Source: Phoronis australis
Lineage: Eukaryota; Animalia; Phoronida
Assembly (NCBI GenBank): GCA_002633005.1
Contig: NMRA01000465.1
Span: 222,472 to 286,471, forward strand
Length of the DNA: 64,000 bases
Reading direction: 5' to 3'
In this document: one piece after another, positions 15,001 through 27,600 of the stretch
Layout: each line of letters begins with the position of its first letter
Position numbering within the stretch: the first letter of the stretch is position 1
Program-made: the position numbers and the translations under genes
Notes under the pieces: generated by a model
The model's input: only the letters and a program-made list of their open reading frames with translations
Told to the model about the DNA's origin: nothing
The model's database searches: none

Positions 15001-18000
15001 TGAATTGACATAACAGGCCCTTTCATACTGACTTAACTCAAGTCTGAGTGGAGCGTTGACGTAAATTGCGAAGTTGACTGAACCGTTCACACAGGCTTCA
15101 GCGGTAAACGGTACGTGACGCTGTTGTCATCAAAGTAATCGCAAGGTAAGAGCCGATGCATGGTGTGCATGCTAATATTTTTTAATGTGACAATTTGGGA
15201 ACATTTACATGTGGTAAAGGACATAAAACTTTAGTTATTTCTAATTTGATTAGTGATTATTCGAGAAAAAAATATGGGCAAATATTAGCGATGACACTGC
15301 CCTTTAATTGTTGACGATAACACGAAGTTGACCCTGGCGATAACTTCGATGAGACCGAATTAAGTTAACCGTTCATACTGACCGCAACTCCCAAAACATC
15401 GACGTGTCGACGTTAGTATGAAAGGACCTTATGAGAAGCGAGGAAGACTACTTACTAGAAGCCAGGAGGGCACGCTTGACAGGTACCATTGTGATAGTAG
15501 GAGCCAGCAGGACAGTTACTGAGGCAGTCAGTGGCACAGTTGGCTGAAACACACGAAACAATGGAGTCATTGATCAGGTACATATACAGCAAGGTGACAA
15601 AACCATCACGCATATTCATCAATTATCTCACTTCTTGCGAGAATGTCACACTTTTTGAAGCTTTATTAATCAGCATGCTCCTTTTTTGAAATATTTTATG
15701 ATATTTAGAATACTTATGCCAACTGCATATAACCATGGCACTGAACATGTAGGTATATTTTCGTGCTTTTTCACAATGCTATTTTCTTCTCTTTTCGTCC
15801 ATTATATCTACCCTGCTCTTACATCCCATTCATCCCTACTTTTCCATCATAATTATCCTCAGTTTTCCTTCAATTTCAGGGGAACAACTACCAAGCACTT
15901 CACTGTCGCTATTTCCCTCAATACATCATCCTACATCCAGATGTGACCCACTTATGTTGGCAACTATGACCATGTCAGCCATCTCCAACTATGACCATGT
16001 CAGCCAACACCACCTTTCCACATGCCATGTGTCCTAGGCTACCTGCATATCCCCAACACACAATCTCATTCAAAATACTTTTCAAAATTGTTTTTTCTTA
16101 GTAGGCTTTTAATACTGTTGTGAATGCCCTGTAGGCACACAACAGGCAAGGTACAGAACTTGTGGCTTTTTAAATATACCGGTAAAACAACTTTTCCAAT
16201 TCACTAAATACCGATAGTTACCTCCGATATCATGAACTTCGACACAAATAGTAAAAAAATATTTTTAAAAGACACATTTTCAATATGGCACCAGTTTCTA
16301 TAAATTGAACGAAACTTATGCATCTATTTTTTTGTAAAAAACAATAGTTGAGCCCAGAAAGATAAGAGAGCATTAATCCATGCAGATCTGCCATAATTAT
16401 AAACTTGCACTCCTTCCATATTTCACAAAATAAGATTTTAAAGTGGCATTCATCCCGTGCTTTCTGTCAAAAACCAAGTTTGGCCTGTAGAAATAAGGAG
16501 CTCTCAATTCTTCTGAAGTACAGAGATCACTTTTCAAGTGAGTACAGAACATATGAGAATAAGACAACACCAATTTTATTTGGTGGACTAAATCAAAACT
16601 TTTTTGATAGAAAGCTCAGGTTTAATGACATAACCGTCCACTTTCTACTCATAAAACACAAACCTGTTTTAGTTTATAGTTGAATTTTGTATAAATTGTC
16701 AGATTTTTGTAATTTGGTCTTTGTCTACAACAAATTTATAGTTTTTCCGTTAAAGGCAATTAAACAAAGGCAACTCTGATAAAAATGTCAATTTAGATCG
16801 ATTACTGAAAAGCCACTTCTCATTAAATTACTGATAATCCTTGAAACTGGATTAATTGCATTGCACAACGACACTTTTACGTTGACAGCTTTCAATACAT
16901 TTTTTTGGTTCACCGATTCTCTTAAAATGTTGAAAAAAAAACAAGTAAGAGTTTTACTCTGGATTTTTGAGAACCTCAAATTTTATCCTTTTGAATTATA
17001 AATAAAAGTTAATTGTTTTTCTTTTAGGTTGTATTTTGTTGCTAATTGTGTTTTCTACTAACTAAAAATAGGAGGTCACCAACTTCATTTTAACACAAAA
17101 CCATGTCATATAAGAATGCTTTATTTGAACTCATATGAAAGCCACATAGCGAAAGGAAGTGACAATAACAGAACAAAGTTTTATTTGATATAAAGTTTTA
17201 AACTGAAATTTTAAAAACGTTGTTATACTTTTCAAAAATTTGTTTTCATTCTATGCAACATTTTATTTCTTTCCAGAAAATTCATAAATGACCTATTTTA
17301 TAGCTCTTCATGCAAAAGTAGAACATTTAAAAATACTCCAAAAGTTTTGCAGAAGAGTCTGTGCAAATCATTGTATCTGAAAGTTTCATATGAACCTGGG
17401 CAATTATTTCTGACATTCCGAAGTTAGACAAATTTGGAGATTTTGTCTAAGGTTCTATATATAACCTTAAAAGGAATGCTAGTAGCAATTGAAATAAGGA
17501 TCATACAAAAATGTTGCATTTTTGAAAGAAATTCTGTGAACCATGATCACTTCATCATGTTCCGTTTTATTCAGATTAGAAATTGAATGATGAAAAACTC
17601 TAATGTTTATGAATTGATACAACTGAAAGGAAGAAAGTGATAATACAATATTTGTCTCATAATTTTGCAAATATTCTTGCTTAGTGTGTGGTGAATGAAC
17701 CTTACAATTGGTATTCTATGGTATTCTATGGTGTACACTGCAGGCATTGGAGAGAATATCTTAAGGAAGTGGTCTGAATTTGAGTATTATCAGTAGTCAA
17801 TCAATTATTTTATTTCAAATCACCTGCCTGAAAACAGTTTCTACCGTATAATTTGCTGACAGGTCAACGATAGTTTCACAGTTCAGAACAATAAACTACA
17901 AGTGTGGAGGAAGCGCACATAGAATGGGTGAGATTTTTCCCTTCAGTCGGTAGGGGGTACTTGGGATGTGGTTGGGAAGGCGTTGCTGTTTGTCATATTC

Positions 18001-18868
18001 TTATTAATAAAAATAAACAAAGATTTCAAAAATCACTTTGAATGTATTCTCAGCCTTGAAGGTCTCAGTTGCAAGAAGCTGAAATCGGGCACTAGTGCAG
18101 TACAAAAGTGACTGAGAGCCAACCAGCAAGAAAGCTAAATTTAATTTGATCCAACTTACAGTGTGTACCACAGCACTGAGACAGCGAGGTTAACTTGCAG
18201 TGAGTACAGCCATAAACACTGTAAGTTATTACACTCACGCAGGACAACTAGTTCTTACAGGCCTGCTCAGGCTAACACCAATAATTTAGAAAATAAAGAC
18301 CGTTTACTACAAGATAAAAACTTATTTGAGAAAAGTTGATACTTAAATCCAAAGTCAATGCATTGTTTCATTATATAAGTTACATTATCATTCTCAGTTA
18401 TACAAGTTACAAGACATCGTCCGACCACCACACTGGGCTCGTTCGGTAAGCGAATGGCTTCCCCAACGACACGCTTATCAACCGGCCGCCATGGCGCCAT
18501 GTTGATTATACTCGGACAGCTTTGATCGTGTCAAAGTTTGCAAACAGCACACAGACACTTATTAAAAACATAAACACGTATTGGAAAACACGAACTACAC
18601 TTAACATTGAAAGCGATGCTTTACAAGCAACTGCAGCGCATATCCGTGGGCATTAAAAAGCGAGTGCACCGAGCCAAGCAGGACCACTCAGACATTCGCT
18701 GACACATGAGCGGACTCCCAGTGACAGAATGTAACCAAACTTGTTTCAAGACATCTTACCGCTTATAGCCTCAACAAAAGTCGCGTGATATGACCAGCAC
18801 ATCACAACAACAAGTGTTGTAAAAACGTCCCAATAAACGTTCCTCAAGACATTGTTTTGTCGTCCCAT
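52..18868 (-). CDS. Large secreted/cell-surface cysteine-rich repeat protein (Ephrin_rec_like/GCC2-GCC3-type CxxCPxGxxC repeats); 5' 12 exons, 3' end beyond the left edge
   Basis: Phase-consistent GT-AG exons: 18760-18868 (MGRQNNVLRNVYWDVFTTLVVVMCWSYHATFVEAIS, signal-peptide-like), 15456-15543, 11327-11414, 5203-5437, 4267-4407, 3543-3662, 2897-2969, 1924-2042, 1572-1688, 1119-1334, 620-766, 52-223. Exons 2-12 encode repeats such as CTQCPRGHMC, CIYCPAGYMC and CTKCPAGYAC. Confidence 0.9.
2156..2292. repeat. 18-bp tandem repeat (AGCCTTGCACAGTCATTT) x ~7.5, intronic
   Basis: Directly visible; produces the spurious HSHLAL ORF. Confidence 0.95.
2507..2882. mobile_element. Degenerate TTAA-flanked MITE (Kolobok-like)
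   Basis: Left TTAA|AGGGAAAACCAACTATTTTTGACGTTACG..CCTGGTTATC and right GATAACCAGG..GATAACATCAAAAATGGTCGTTTTCCCG|TGAA form an imperfect ~60-bp TIR. Confidence 0.6.
3843..3990. mobile_element. Small MITE
   Basis: Imperfect TIRs GGGCCCAGTTGCATAAAAGTT and AACTTTTTGTGCAACCCAGTCC. Confidence 0.55.
8048..8518. repeat. ~105-bp imperfect inverted repeat, probably within a non-autonomous DNA transposon
   Basis: GTTAGCTCTAACCCCTACAAG..TTTTCTGAAAGGTAAATAAATTTCCTAA (~8077-8135) pairs with TTAGGAAATTTATTTAACTTTCAGAAAA..TGTAGGGGTTAGAGCTAAC (~8434-8489). Confidence 0.75.
11840..13302. mobile_element. Non-autonomous DNA transposon with ~28-bp TIRs
   Basis: GAGGGGCTATCAAAAATAGGACTTTTATG at 11840 and CATAAAAGTCCTATTTTGATAGCCCCTC ending 13302; no clear TSD. 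Confidence 0.7.
12430..12900. repeat. Degenerate ~39-bp G-rich minisatellite, ~12 units
   Basis: Recurring GAGACTAGCTGGAGTGGGGGACTGATCACACAATGTAGGGG-like units. Confidence 0.85.
15015..15429. mobile_element. MITE with PIF/Harbinger-like termini
   Basis: TIRs AGGCCCTTTCATACTGAC and GTTAGTATGAAAGGACCT; internal copy of GTTCATACTGAC; TSD not clean. Confidence 0.65.
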
Positions 18869-19554
18869 GTTTCACTATCATCCGGAGATTCACAACAGCA
18901 ATATTATCCCACGGTCTTTCATCACCAAATTACTGACTTTTTACACGACCAGCGCGAAAGTTACTCCACAGAATTGTCACTGGATTATTATTCGCCAAAT
19001 ACCACTACATAATGTTACACACTCTCGCTAATGTAGTGCAAAACTTCGCTATTAACTTGATAATGGTTTACTGATCTAACGTCTCAAGACGTAACTTGCA
19101 GTGTCTTACGACTATTGCCACCTATGGAGCAAATTTCAAAGTAAACAAGGTGCGCTCCTTCCGTGAGTGACGTAAATCTACCCGGCAACAGATCAACAAA
19201 TCTATTGTTAAAGGTAAACACGCATTGTGCGACCCAATTCAGACGCAGTCGACCTCACCAAAGAGCCTTGAGTAAACCGAAAGAAGACGTCAGTTAACCT
19301 GACACACATTTATGAGGTGTATGCTATTGCAGTGCTAATGTTTATGTTTTTGACAATAAATCCCCGTGCACTGAGCTGGGTCTTAAATTGGTTGTGTCGC
19401 TTGGTTCATATTGTCAAGAAGAAATACTCAGTCTACATAGTTCCACGGTCAGAAATATCTAATCGCTGCTGTCACTAAGTATTTCTCTGCAAAAGATATT
19501 TGTGTGCATAGCACATCACGTTTCTGAGATTCGTTTGCTTTTAACAAGGGCATT

Positions 19555-19762
19555 GTATGGGGGGGGGTTCGAATTCCTGACGTTGAGGACCTTTTGCTAA
19601 CAAAAGAGCTGGCGGACTAAAAAAAAAACAAAGAAAAAAATGGGAGCACCACTGTGAAGTGCGCGTTTGCGATTATTTAGTCCCATCTTCTTGGACTTTT
19701 TGTCTCTCAGGGACGGGCGGACCTTTTTGCCCACTTCATCGCCAAGTGGGGGTGCGCGCATG
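19555..19762 (+). repeat. Dispersed repeat (MITE-like), copy 1
   Basis: Shares CGAATTCCT..GGACCTTTTG..GCACCACTGTGAA..GCGCGTTTG..GCGGACCTTTTTGCCCACTTC with 28310-28590; ends GGGTGCGCGCATG, the reverse complement of the start of copy 2. Confidence 0.75.
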
Positions 19763-20837
19763 TTGTGGGCAAGTCTCGGTATGATGATCGAGCACCGAAC
19801 TATATCTTAAACCCTTTTCCTCCTGCCACACCTCGCTTACTCGATCCGCGCTATAAATGAATTCATGAATACATATTGTCATTTTTAATTTCAGTGACTG
19901 AGCGAAGATGTTATCGTTAAATATTATAAAATCCGAAACTATTGCAACTCTTTGTCTAAATTCAAGAATTAAAGTGAATCGTTTAAAGTCTTAAGAAGCT
20001 GAATTTCGAACTCGAAAAGTCTGTGAACCGATCGCCGTACGTGAGCGCTATCGCGGAAAAACGTATGCCGGTACGTTTCACTTCAGTAGCGCAGACGACT
20101 ATCTATGTCGTTGTGTGTATCTTCTATGCATAGAATTCGAGGGTGCTCCAAGGGAAGGGGGGAGGGGTTGGATCAAGGATTTTTTAAAAAGAGGGGTGCG
20201 AGTCAACAATTTGAAAATTCTAGATTTGATACCATTAAATCAAGGGAAAAGAGTGTCCAGACTCCTTTAACCCATTGGATCCACCTACAGCTGCTGTATG
20301 GTTTCGTTCGAAGGACTTATCTCCTGAAAAAGGACACGTGTCAACGCCGACTCTCTTCTAACAGGTTAGTTAAGAATCACAAACGCAATATTTTTAAAAT
20401 TTATTTACACGTATATTTAGAATGCTGGACGAAACCCTGGGTGAAGGGATTGTTTTACGAGTGAATGGGCGAGGCATGGAGGCATGGATGGGTCGGATTC
20501 GGTGAGACGTACTTTTTTAAAATATCTATCTTTCTTGTGTAAAAATCCCAAAGTTTTAAGTATGGAAATGTACTTTAATTTTTACAAATTCTTTTTGCTT
20601 CATTTGAATAATAATGAAAATAAAACAAATTTCATTTCGACATAATTCATTTTTCAAAATAGAAAGGACTTGATATAGACATGTTGAGTTTTGAAACTAA
20701 AAAAAATCTTGCTGAATTTCTAGTTAATACAAGATTAAATAACAACCCAAAGTTAACGTCATCAAATTTTACTTTTTTTAAAAACAATGAATATAAAACA
20801 AATATCTCGGGGAAACTGATTGGAAATTAACGCAATG

Positions 20838-20872
20838 ACACATACACACGCACGCACGCACGGATGCACACA

Positions 20873-20942
<70 letters not shown>

Positions 20943-20952
20943 CACACACACG
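20838..20952. repeat. (CA)n microsatellite
   Basis: Directly visible. Confidence 0.97.
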
Positions 20953-21060
20953 CGGATGTAACTTTGATAAACTCATTCTATTTTCTGATTTGGCCAAACC
21001 TTGTATAGATCGTACATAGACATACACTTTCAGTTTCAATTGGACATATCTCTGCCAGAG

Positions 21061-21220
21061 CAGGGGCGGAACCAGAATTTTGAGTAGGGGGGGAGAGAGG
21101 TGCAGGACAGAGTATCTGTCAGGATTTTGCCCGTCAGACATTCGCACCCCCGAACTGCCAACTGGAGAATTTTAAGGGGCCATGGGTTCTTTGCCCCCCA
21201 CTTCCCTAAATCCGCCACTG
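21061..21220. mobile_element. MITE with CAGKGGCGGA TIRs and 5-bp TSD (hAT-like)
   Basis: CAGGGGCGGA...TCCGCCACTG flanked by CAGAG/TAGAG. Confidence 0.7.
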
Positions 21221-21699
21221 TAGAGAAAGGCAGATAAATAATGGATTTTACAGATATATCACCTCGAAGACCAGAGGTGCCTGTGCCTTACACATACTCA
21301 AACAGAATCGCATGTTTTTATTAAAGTACACTTGAACTGCATGTCACTATCGTTGCATAACAACAGGCATTGCCCCGTAACAACGGCTTCCATTCTATTT
21401 GCTGAAGTTCTTTTAACAAATTTTTGCTTCATTAAGTTCACAATCAAAGCCATTTTGTGTCTTTAGTTTCAATTTATCGACATTTTCCTTCTGTGGAAAC
21501 ACTGGTTTCACGCAACAGGCGGCGCAGGTGGTTGGTTGTGCCAATGAACGCTGCGAACAGTGACGTCTAAGATCAGGTGCATAAACATACATGTTACATT
21601 GGTTAAACATAAATATAAGAAGTAATTTAAGAAAGCAACCAAGCAAAAACAGTAACATTGGATAAAAATAAAGACGGCGATGACTCTGTAAGACTTCTC

Positions 21700-24600
21700 T
21701 CATTTGATGGACGTCTCTTCAACTTTCCCCGTCACTTTGATAAGTTGACCCAAGACATCCAACTTCAAGTTCAGTTCTACCACTTTGTCGGATGGTTTCG
21801 TGATAGTTGTGTCTGCAACGTGTAATGTTCGCATATACAGTACATTGGATGAACGATGGGCAACTGAAAGGAAGTATGACGTACGTACGGTTGATCACAC
21901 CAAATTTAAATGAAAACTTCTGTTCGTGATTTCTCGGGATTCGTGATTGCTCGAGGACATGATAGGCGCATACAATAACCCGCCGATGCAGCCCCGCTTT
22001 CAAGGCTAATGACCTCATGTAAAAACGAATCGATTTGCCACTTTTTCCTTACCCTGCAAACATATTTAAATTGAGTTAACAACAAGCGTAAACCAGTTCT
22101 ATCGGTGGTAAGTGGCCTACTTCAGCTGCGTGTTTTACGGATCGAACTTAGGCTTACAATACTTCCAAAACCTTCACGATTAGAACGTACAGCAAGCATT
22201 CGAGCTAACGTCCATGTTAACGAGAACTCACATCCCTACTTTAGATTTCTTTTTCAGATTAAGAGCCCACTGCTCAGCTAAACGCCAACCACTTATGTCT
22301 GATAATTGAAGACATCCACTGGATCCTGTTAGAAACGCTCTTTCAGAAATATTATAAAATATTACCTTTCTGACTGGCGCACAAGCTATCAACATGGAAA
22401 AACGAATATTATTTCTCTGAAACATATATTATCCGTGCGTGTACCTTTGGAAGTAATGTCCTTGTGCAGTAGAAGCATATGCGAGGGATTCTCCAGACAG
22501 AACTCTCCAATGTGTTGGCCCATTACTGACACTATTCTGTCTTGTGGGATTTCCTTGGCAGCTGCTCTCATCTCCACGTCTGGTCTCTTAACTGGCCAGT
22601 TCGAGTTCTCGACCAACTAAAACAGCAGCCACAAAGACCGTTGATATGCGCCGATCTTGAGCATCGCTTACACGACAGATACAAGGGATGAAAGCAATGC
22701 TAGTAAACTGAAAATAGTCTCTAGGGTGTGGAAAATATGTCACCATTACTCTCCTCAACACGAATACCTATACCACCTTTCACCGTGATATTTCAAGTAG
22801 TTTGGAGAATAGGGAAGCGGACGACAAAGAACAGATACTAAAACGATAAAAAGAAAACTAAGGGACACAACGCAGGCCCAATCTGTCTGAAACAGGGCAG
22901 ATACTGTTGTCTACGTGGCACTAACTCATTTTACCCTCTTGAATTCAGTTTCATTCAACACAACCCACCCCTATTCGCTACCCATTTCACTAAGTCAGGC
23001 ACGGACGTTGGGGGTCCAGTGAATCAGTCCCAAATAGTGTGAGAGTGTGAGAGTTGACTTGGGCTACCCTTCTTAAAAATCTTTGACCCGACTCCCCCCT
23101 TTAAAAAATCCTAGATCTGGCCCTGTTCAGTCGATATTTGGGGCTGTTTCCAGTGGCGGATTTAGAGGGGAGCCAAGGGGACCATGGCCCCCCTAAAATT
23201 CTCCCAGATTAAATTTGGCAGTTCGAGGTGCCAATGTCTGACGGCTAATACTCTGCCCTTCCCCCGCCCCTGGTTTCGTGTAACTGGGCACAGGCCCCCC
23301 CCCCTTCTTGAATTTTGAATGTAGTAAGTTGTGGATTTTCGAAACATTCGATGGTCGGGAGGATGAGAGTCTGTTAATTTTTCAGTTATACTTTAAAAAA
23401 GTTTGTGCACTGAAAGTTTTAATATTCAATTGTTAATTAATTTATATTAACACCTGGAATATTGGGGAAAGAAAGCTATTTCCGCCCCCAACCTTTTGGT
23501 TGAACCCCCCCCTCCCCGTATCTACTCCTACCTCTTCATCAGCAGATCTGGCTTATGTTTATTGCTTCCCTGACCTCCCTGGACAAAATCCCACGGGCTT
23601 TGTACCTGCTCACCCTCCAATCAACTATTTTCACCTGTTTACCTCTGATTACTGAGTCACACTCTTGCTTATGATGTACTGCCCAAATTTTTTTGATATA
23701 GGCCTAGTCTATATTTTGCCTATGTATATTTTCCATTGCACTGCTAATGTTTTTTTGTTTTCAATATTTTAAGCAAAGAAGCTTCACAATTTTGAATTTG
23801 ACAAACTAAAATCGGCCGTAGTCAACGCCTTGCGTACTTCGTCGGCGCACACACGCCCGCTAGGTGTCGCCAAGGTTCATGACGCAATAATGGCAGCGAC
23901 CTTTGTGAATAGTCTTGTTAACGTCTTTGGACAAACGAAAAAAAGCCAGTAGGAGGAACGGCGGTAGTCGTCCCATTCACGATAGGAACATGTGTGCAAA
24001 ATTAAATGAAGAATAACTCAAGGATTTCGGAGATAACAGCGAAATTGGGACGTACGGAGCAATAGACGAGTCCGGTGACGGCGTAAGGAGCCCATATGTG
24101 TGAGTGTGAGTGTGTGCGTGGCTGCGTGTACGTTTGCTTGCGTGTGCTCTCCTGTGCATAATGACGTCGTTGGCAACAGAATAAGCATTGGAATTTCCTA
24201 AGTATTATTTTCCATTCGTCCAGGATACCATATATTCCACAGCGACACTTATGCTTGTGAAACAAATGTTAACGACAAAAAGTCATGTTATGAGTTTCAA
24301 AACACATTAAACGAGTTTTATCGGATACCAGACACGCCAAAACTGCTTACCAAAGGATGTTTTTTTAAACATGAAATCCGTTTTTTTAAATCATATTAGT
24401 ACCAGTAAAAATGAAAAAATAACATTGTTTTGAAGTTTTTGACCTTTTTGAAGTGCAGCATCGGTATAATGACAATGAATTCCCCTTCAATGAAGAAAAA
24501 GACAATAAAAATGCCAATGCATGTCGGCTGGTATTTTACAAAACCTTCCTGTTCTAGACATTGACATTTTAGAGTAATGAGACTCTATTGCACCTGATGA

Positions 24601-27600
24601 AAACTGAAGAAAGAGTAAAACTAGACCATGGTTGTGACAGCGTTTAGATTATTGATACATCCTTTGAGAAAGAGCAATGCTGAAATGTTGGACTTCTGAC
24701 ACAATTTTATATCGACGTTCGTGTCATACTTTGAACAGTTTTTATCGCCAGTAACCAATGTTCTACTGACAGATATCACGTTTTACTCCCGCCCTGTTCC
24801 GATTCCACAGAACACCCCCAAGAGTCGTGGCGACTTAGGTGGGAGGAGGGAGCAATTGGAAAGTTGTGGAGCCTGTCGGAGAGGGGGGGGGGAATTACGA
24901 TGACTAGTGTCCCCTTGACTGTCATACATACATAATTCTTCAAGCTGTGCATGTACTGCTCCATGCTATCTTTCCAGCGTAATATCAACACCAGGTCATG
25001 GTTCAGCACGTTCATGGCAACGTAACCCTGAGGAAATCAATAAAACATGAAGCGATCTTTTGATGTACACCACTTTCAGGTTTAAAATTGGGGTCGACTT
25101 GTTCCTTTTCTTATCGAGATTAAAGTTTTCCATGGGCTTGAAAAGAACCGGAAGTTGGTTAATGTTTGAAATGTTATTGAGCGTGACATCAAGCCATAAC
25201 GAGCTGTTAGCTCTTTCAAATTCAAGAAATCACCTCAAATTTGACCAAGGAAAATTTAAGACCAATTCCATGAGTCGAAAAACTTTTCTTGTAATGGAAG
25301 ATAGGTTCATACATGTAAAACGCTTTAAAGTAATTCTGCTCACTTCTTTTTTAAGTAAAACTTCTATGAAAGGAATTTGAAGCAAACTTAGTTTCAGACA
25401 TGTTCTAAAATGACGCTCTTTTAACTGGTGTCCAAATATTTTCGAATTAACTTGAGTTAAAAATCAATATGAATTTTTAAATTCTGGTGGTACTCCAACA
25501 AAATGGCCGGCACGGTTGAACAACCATTAACTTAATTGTTTTCAATTGCCACTAAAAACACAAATACATGCCGGATTGCAATTTACGAAATGCTCCTATT
25601 TTAGACACCTCTCTCGATTGACGGAACCTGCTGCGTGCTCTAAACTGGTTTGAGAAAACAAAGGAAATTGTGACTTTAGTATGTGTTTTGAAATTGACGT
25701 CACACCGGTAACATTACGTACGCTTGTGAAATCCACAAGATTGTCGGTTGCTGAGATTGACCTTGACATTGGCACATGGAAACGCAGCGTATTCGTTGAT
25801 TTGTCAGGCAACATTTTGACCACGACGACCTCCGACCCGTGTTTGATTGTGACGTCATACTCTCTAATGGAAGGATTTTGACCAGCCATGAGTCGCGGAG
25901 CAGTGACAAACGAAACAAATCGAAAGCAAACTGGAAAATGAATAGCAGAGGCGAATAAAACTATAATAAGCGCAAATCGTATATTTCTCTACATTCAAAT
26001 TGTGGAAGGCATGATCGAAAGGTATTCATTCAAAGCCTGTGGAATTTGATTTTTCGTTTTAACCAATCCGCCATTAATTGGGTTATGTGACCATGTTTTC
26101 AGTAAAATGTATCAACAAAAAATATACATTCGTAGCAAAAATCTCCAGTCACAATAACATCCCCAAATTCCGTTTGATATAAAAGTTCAAGATGAAATCT
26201 CAAAAACGCTGTTACAGAGCGACCAGGTTGTTAGCTAACCTCGCTGGGGGAGCTGGCTACATATACATCATATCACAAAGAAATTATCAAAGAAAATCGG
26301 TGTACTTAAACGTCTAGGCAAATTTCTTAATGTCCGTACTCTTAAGACCCTTTACCATTCTATTATTCAGCCTCATATTGATTATTGTTTACCGGTTTGG
26401 GGGCACACTAGTGACACACTTGTAAACAAAGTCCAAGTCATCCAAAATAGAGCCGCCAGGGCTATCCTGGGTACTAAAATTAGAGACACTAGGGTTGACG
26501 ACTTGTATTCCAAGCTGGGATTTATGAAAGTAAGACAAAGAAATAAATATCTCTCTGCCTGTTGTATATACAGATGTATCAATGGCTTGGCTCCAGCATA
26601 TATCAGCAGTAAATTCAATAGCAGTCAGGCTGTTTATTCTACACGTTCTTCTGTTGCTGGCAATGTTTCTTCTAAAAAAATTAAAACCGAGACGTGCAAG
26701 GGATCTTTTATCTATGCAGCTGCTATAATATGGAATTCTTTTAGCCCAGAAATTAAACGGTCCAATTCAATTACTACCTTTAAAGTTAATGTTAAAAAGT
26801 GGCTGTAATTTACTTACCCTTTTATACCCTGCCTGTCTTAATCATGTCATTTTTTCATTGTCGTAAATACTCTCATTGTCTAGAGTCATCTCTTAATTTA
26901 TTTCATCTGTCTTAGTTAAATTTTTACCATTATTTGTCATTTAGTTATTGTCTTAATTCTCAACCTTACCTGTTTTAATTGTTTCTTTGTTACGTACATT
27001 TCATTGTTGTTTTATTACTTCATTGTATTACATTACTGTTTTTCTTGTTGAGGTCCCTCTTGGAAAGCAGTGCTATCACTAAAGAGGCCACCCTCATTTT
27101 AAATATCACATTCATTCAAAGCCTGTGGAATTTGATTTTTCGTTTTAACCAATCCGCCATTAATTGGGTCATGTGACCATGTTTTCAGTAAAATGTATCA
27201 ACAAAAAATATACTTTCGTAACAAAAATCTCCAGTCACAATAACTACCTCAAATTCCGTTTGATATAAAAGCTCAAGATGGAATCTCAAAAACGCTGTTA
27301 CAGAGCGATCAGGTTGTTAGCTAACCTCGCTGGTGGAGCTGGCACATATGTGAGAGCGTCATAATGTTTGCGAATAGAACGTTCTTAGCAAATTACGCAT
27401 GCGTGCTAAAGACGTTACTGCTTCTAAAATGCTGGATAGTGAATCAGCAGTGGAATATTTGAATACCATATTTAAATTTGATATATTCACGAAGATCCCC
27501 CTTGATAACATAGTTTGCAATAAAAGCATAGAAATTCATGAATTCAGGAACACGTATACACACTTATGCTAAAACTCCCTATCCAGGTAGGCGTCACAAA

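Noticed and set aside
18267-18500. ORF MAPWRPVDK.. with a CAACATGGCG (YY1-like) start inside intron 1 of the Cys-rich gene
   Set aside because: No recognisable domain and no convincing splice partner; could be a regulatory or repeat sequence.
20762-21147. CVCVCV/THTHTH ORFs (also at 50511-50799)
   Set aside because: Translations of (CA)n microsatellites.
26024-27343. LTR retrotransposon or TRIM interpretation of the 234-bp direct repeats
   Set aside because: No TG..CA termini, PBS or PPT; the interior is a LINE ORF2 C-terminus with its 3' UTR.
27350-27425. Possible extra BRICHOS exon (EAVTSLARM..)
   Set aside because: Weak donor and an in-frame stop shortly after; exon 1 already joins exon 2 in phase without it.
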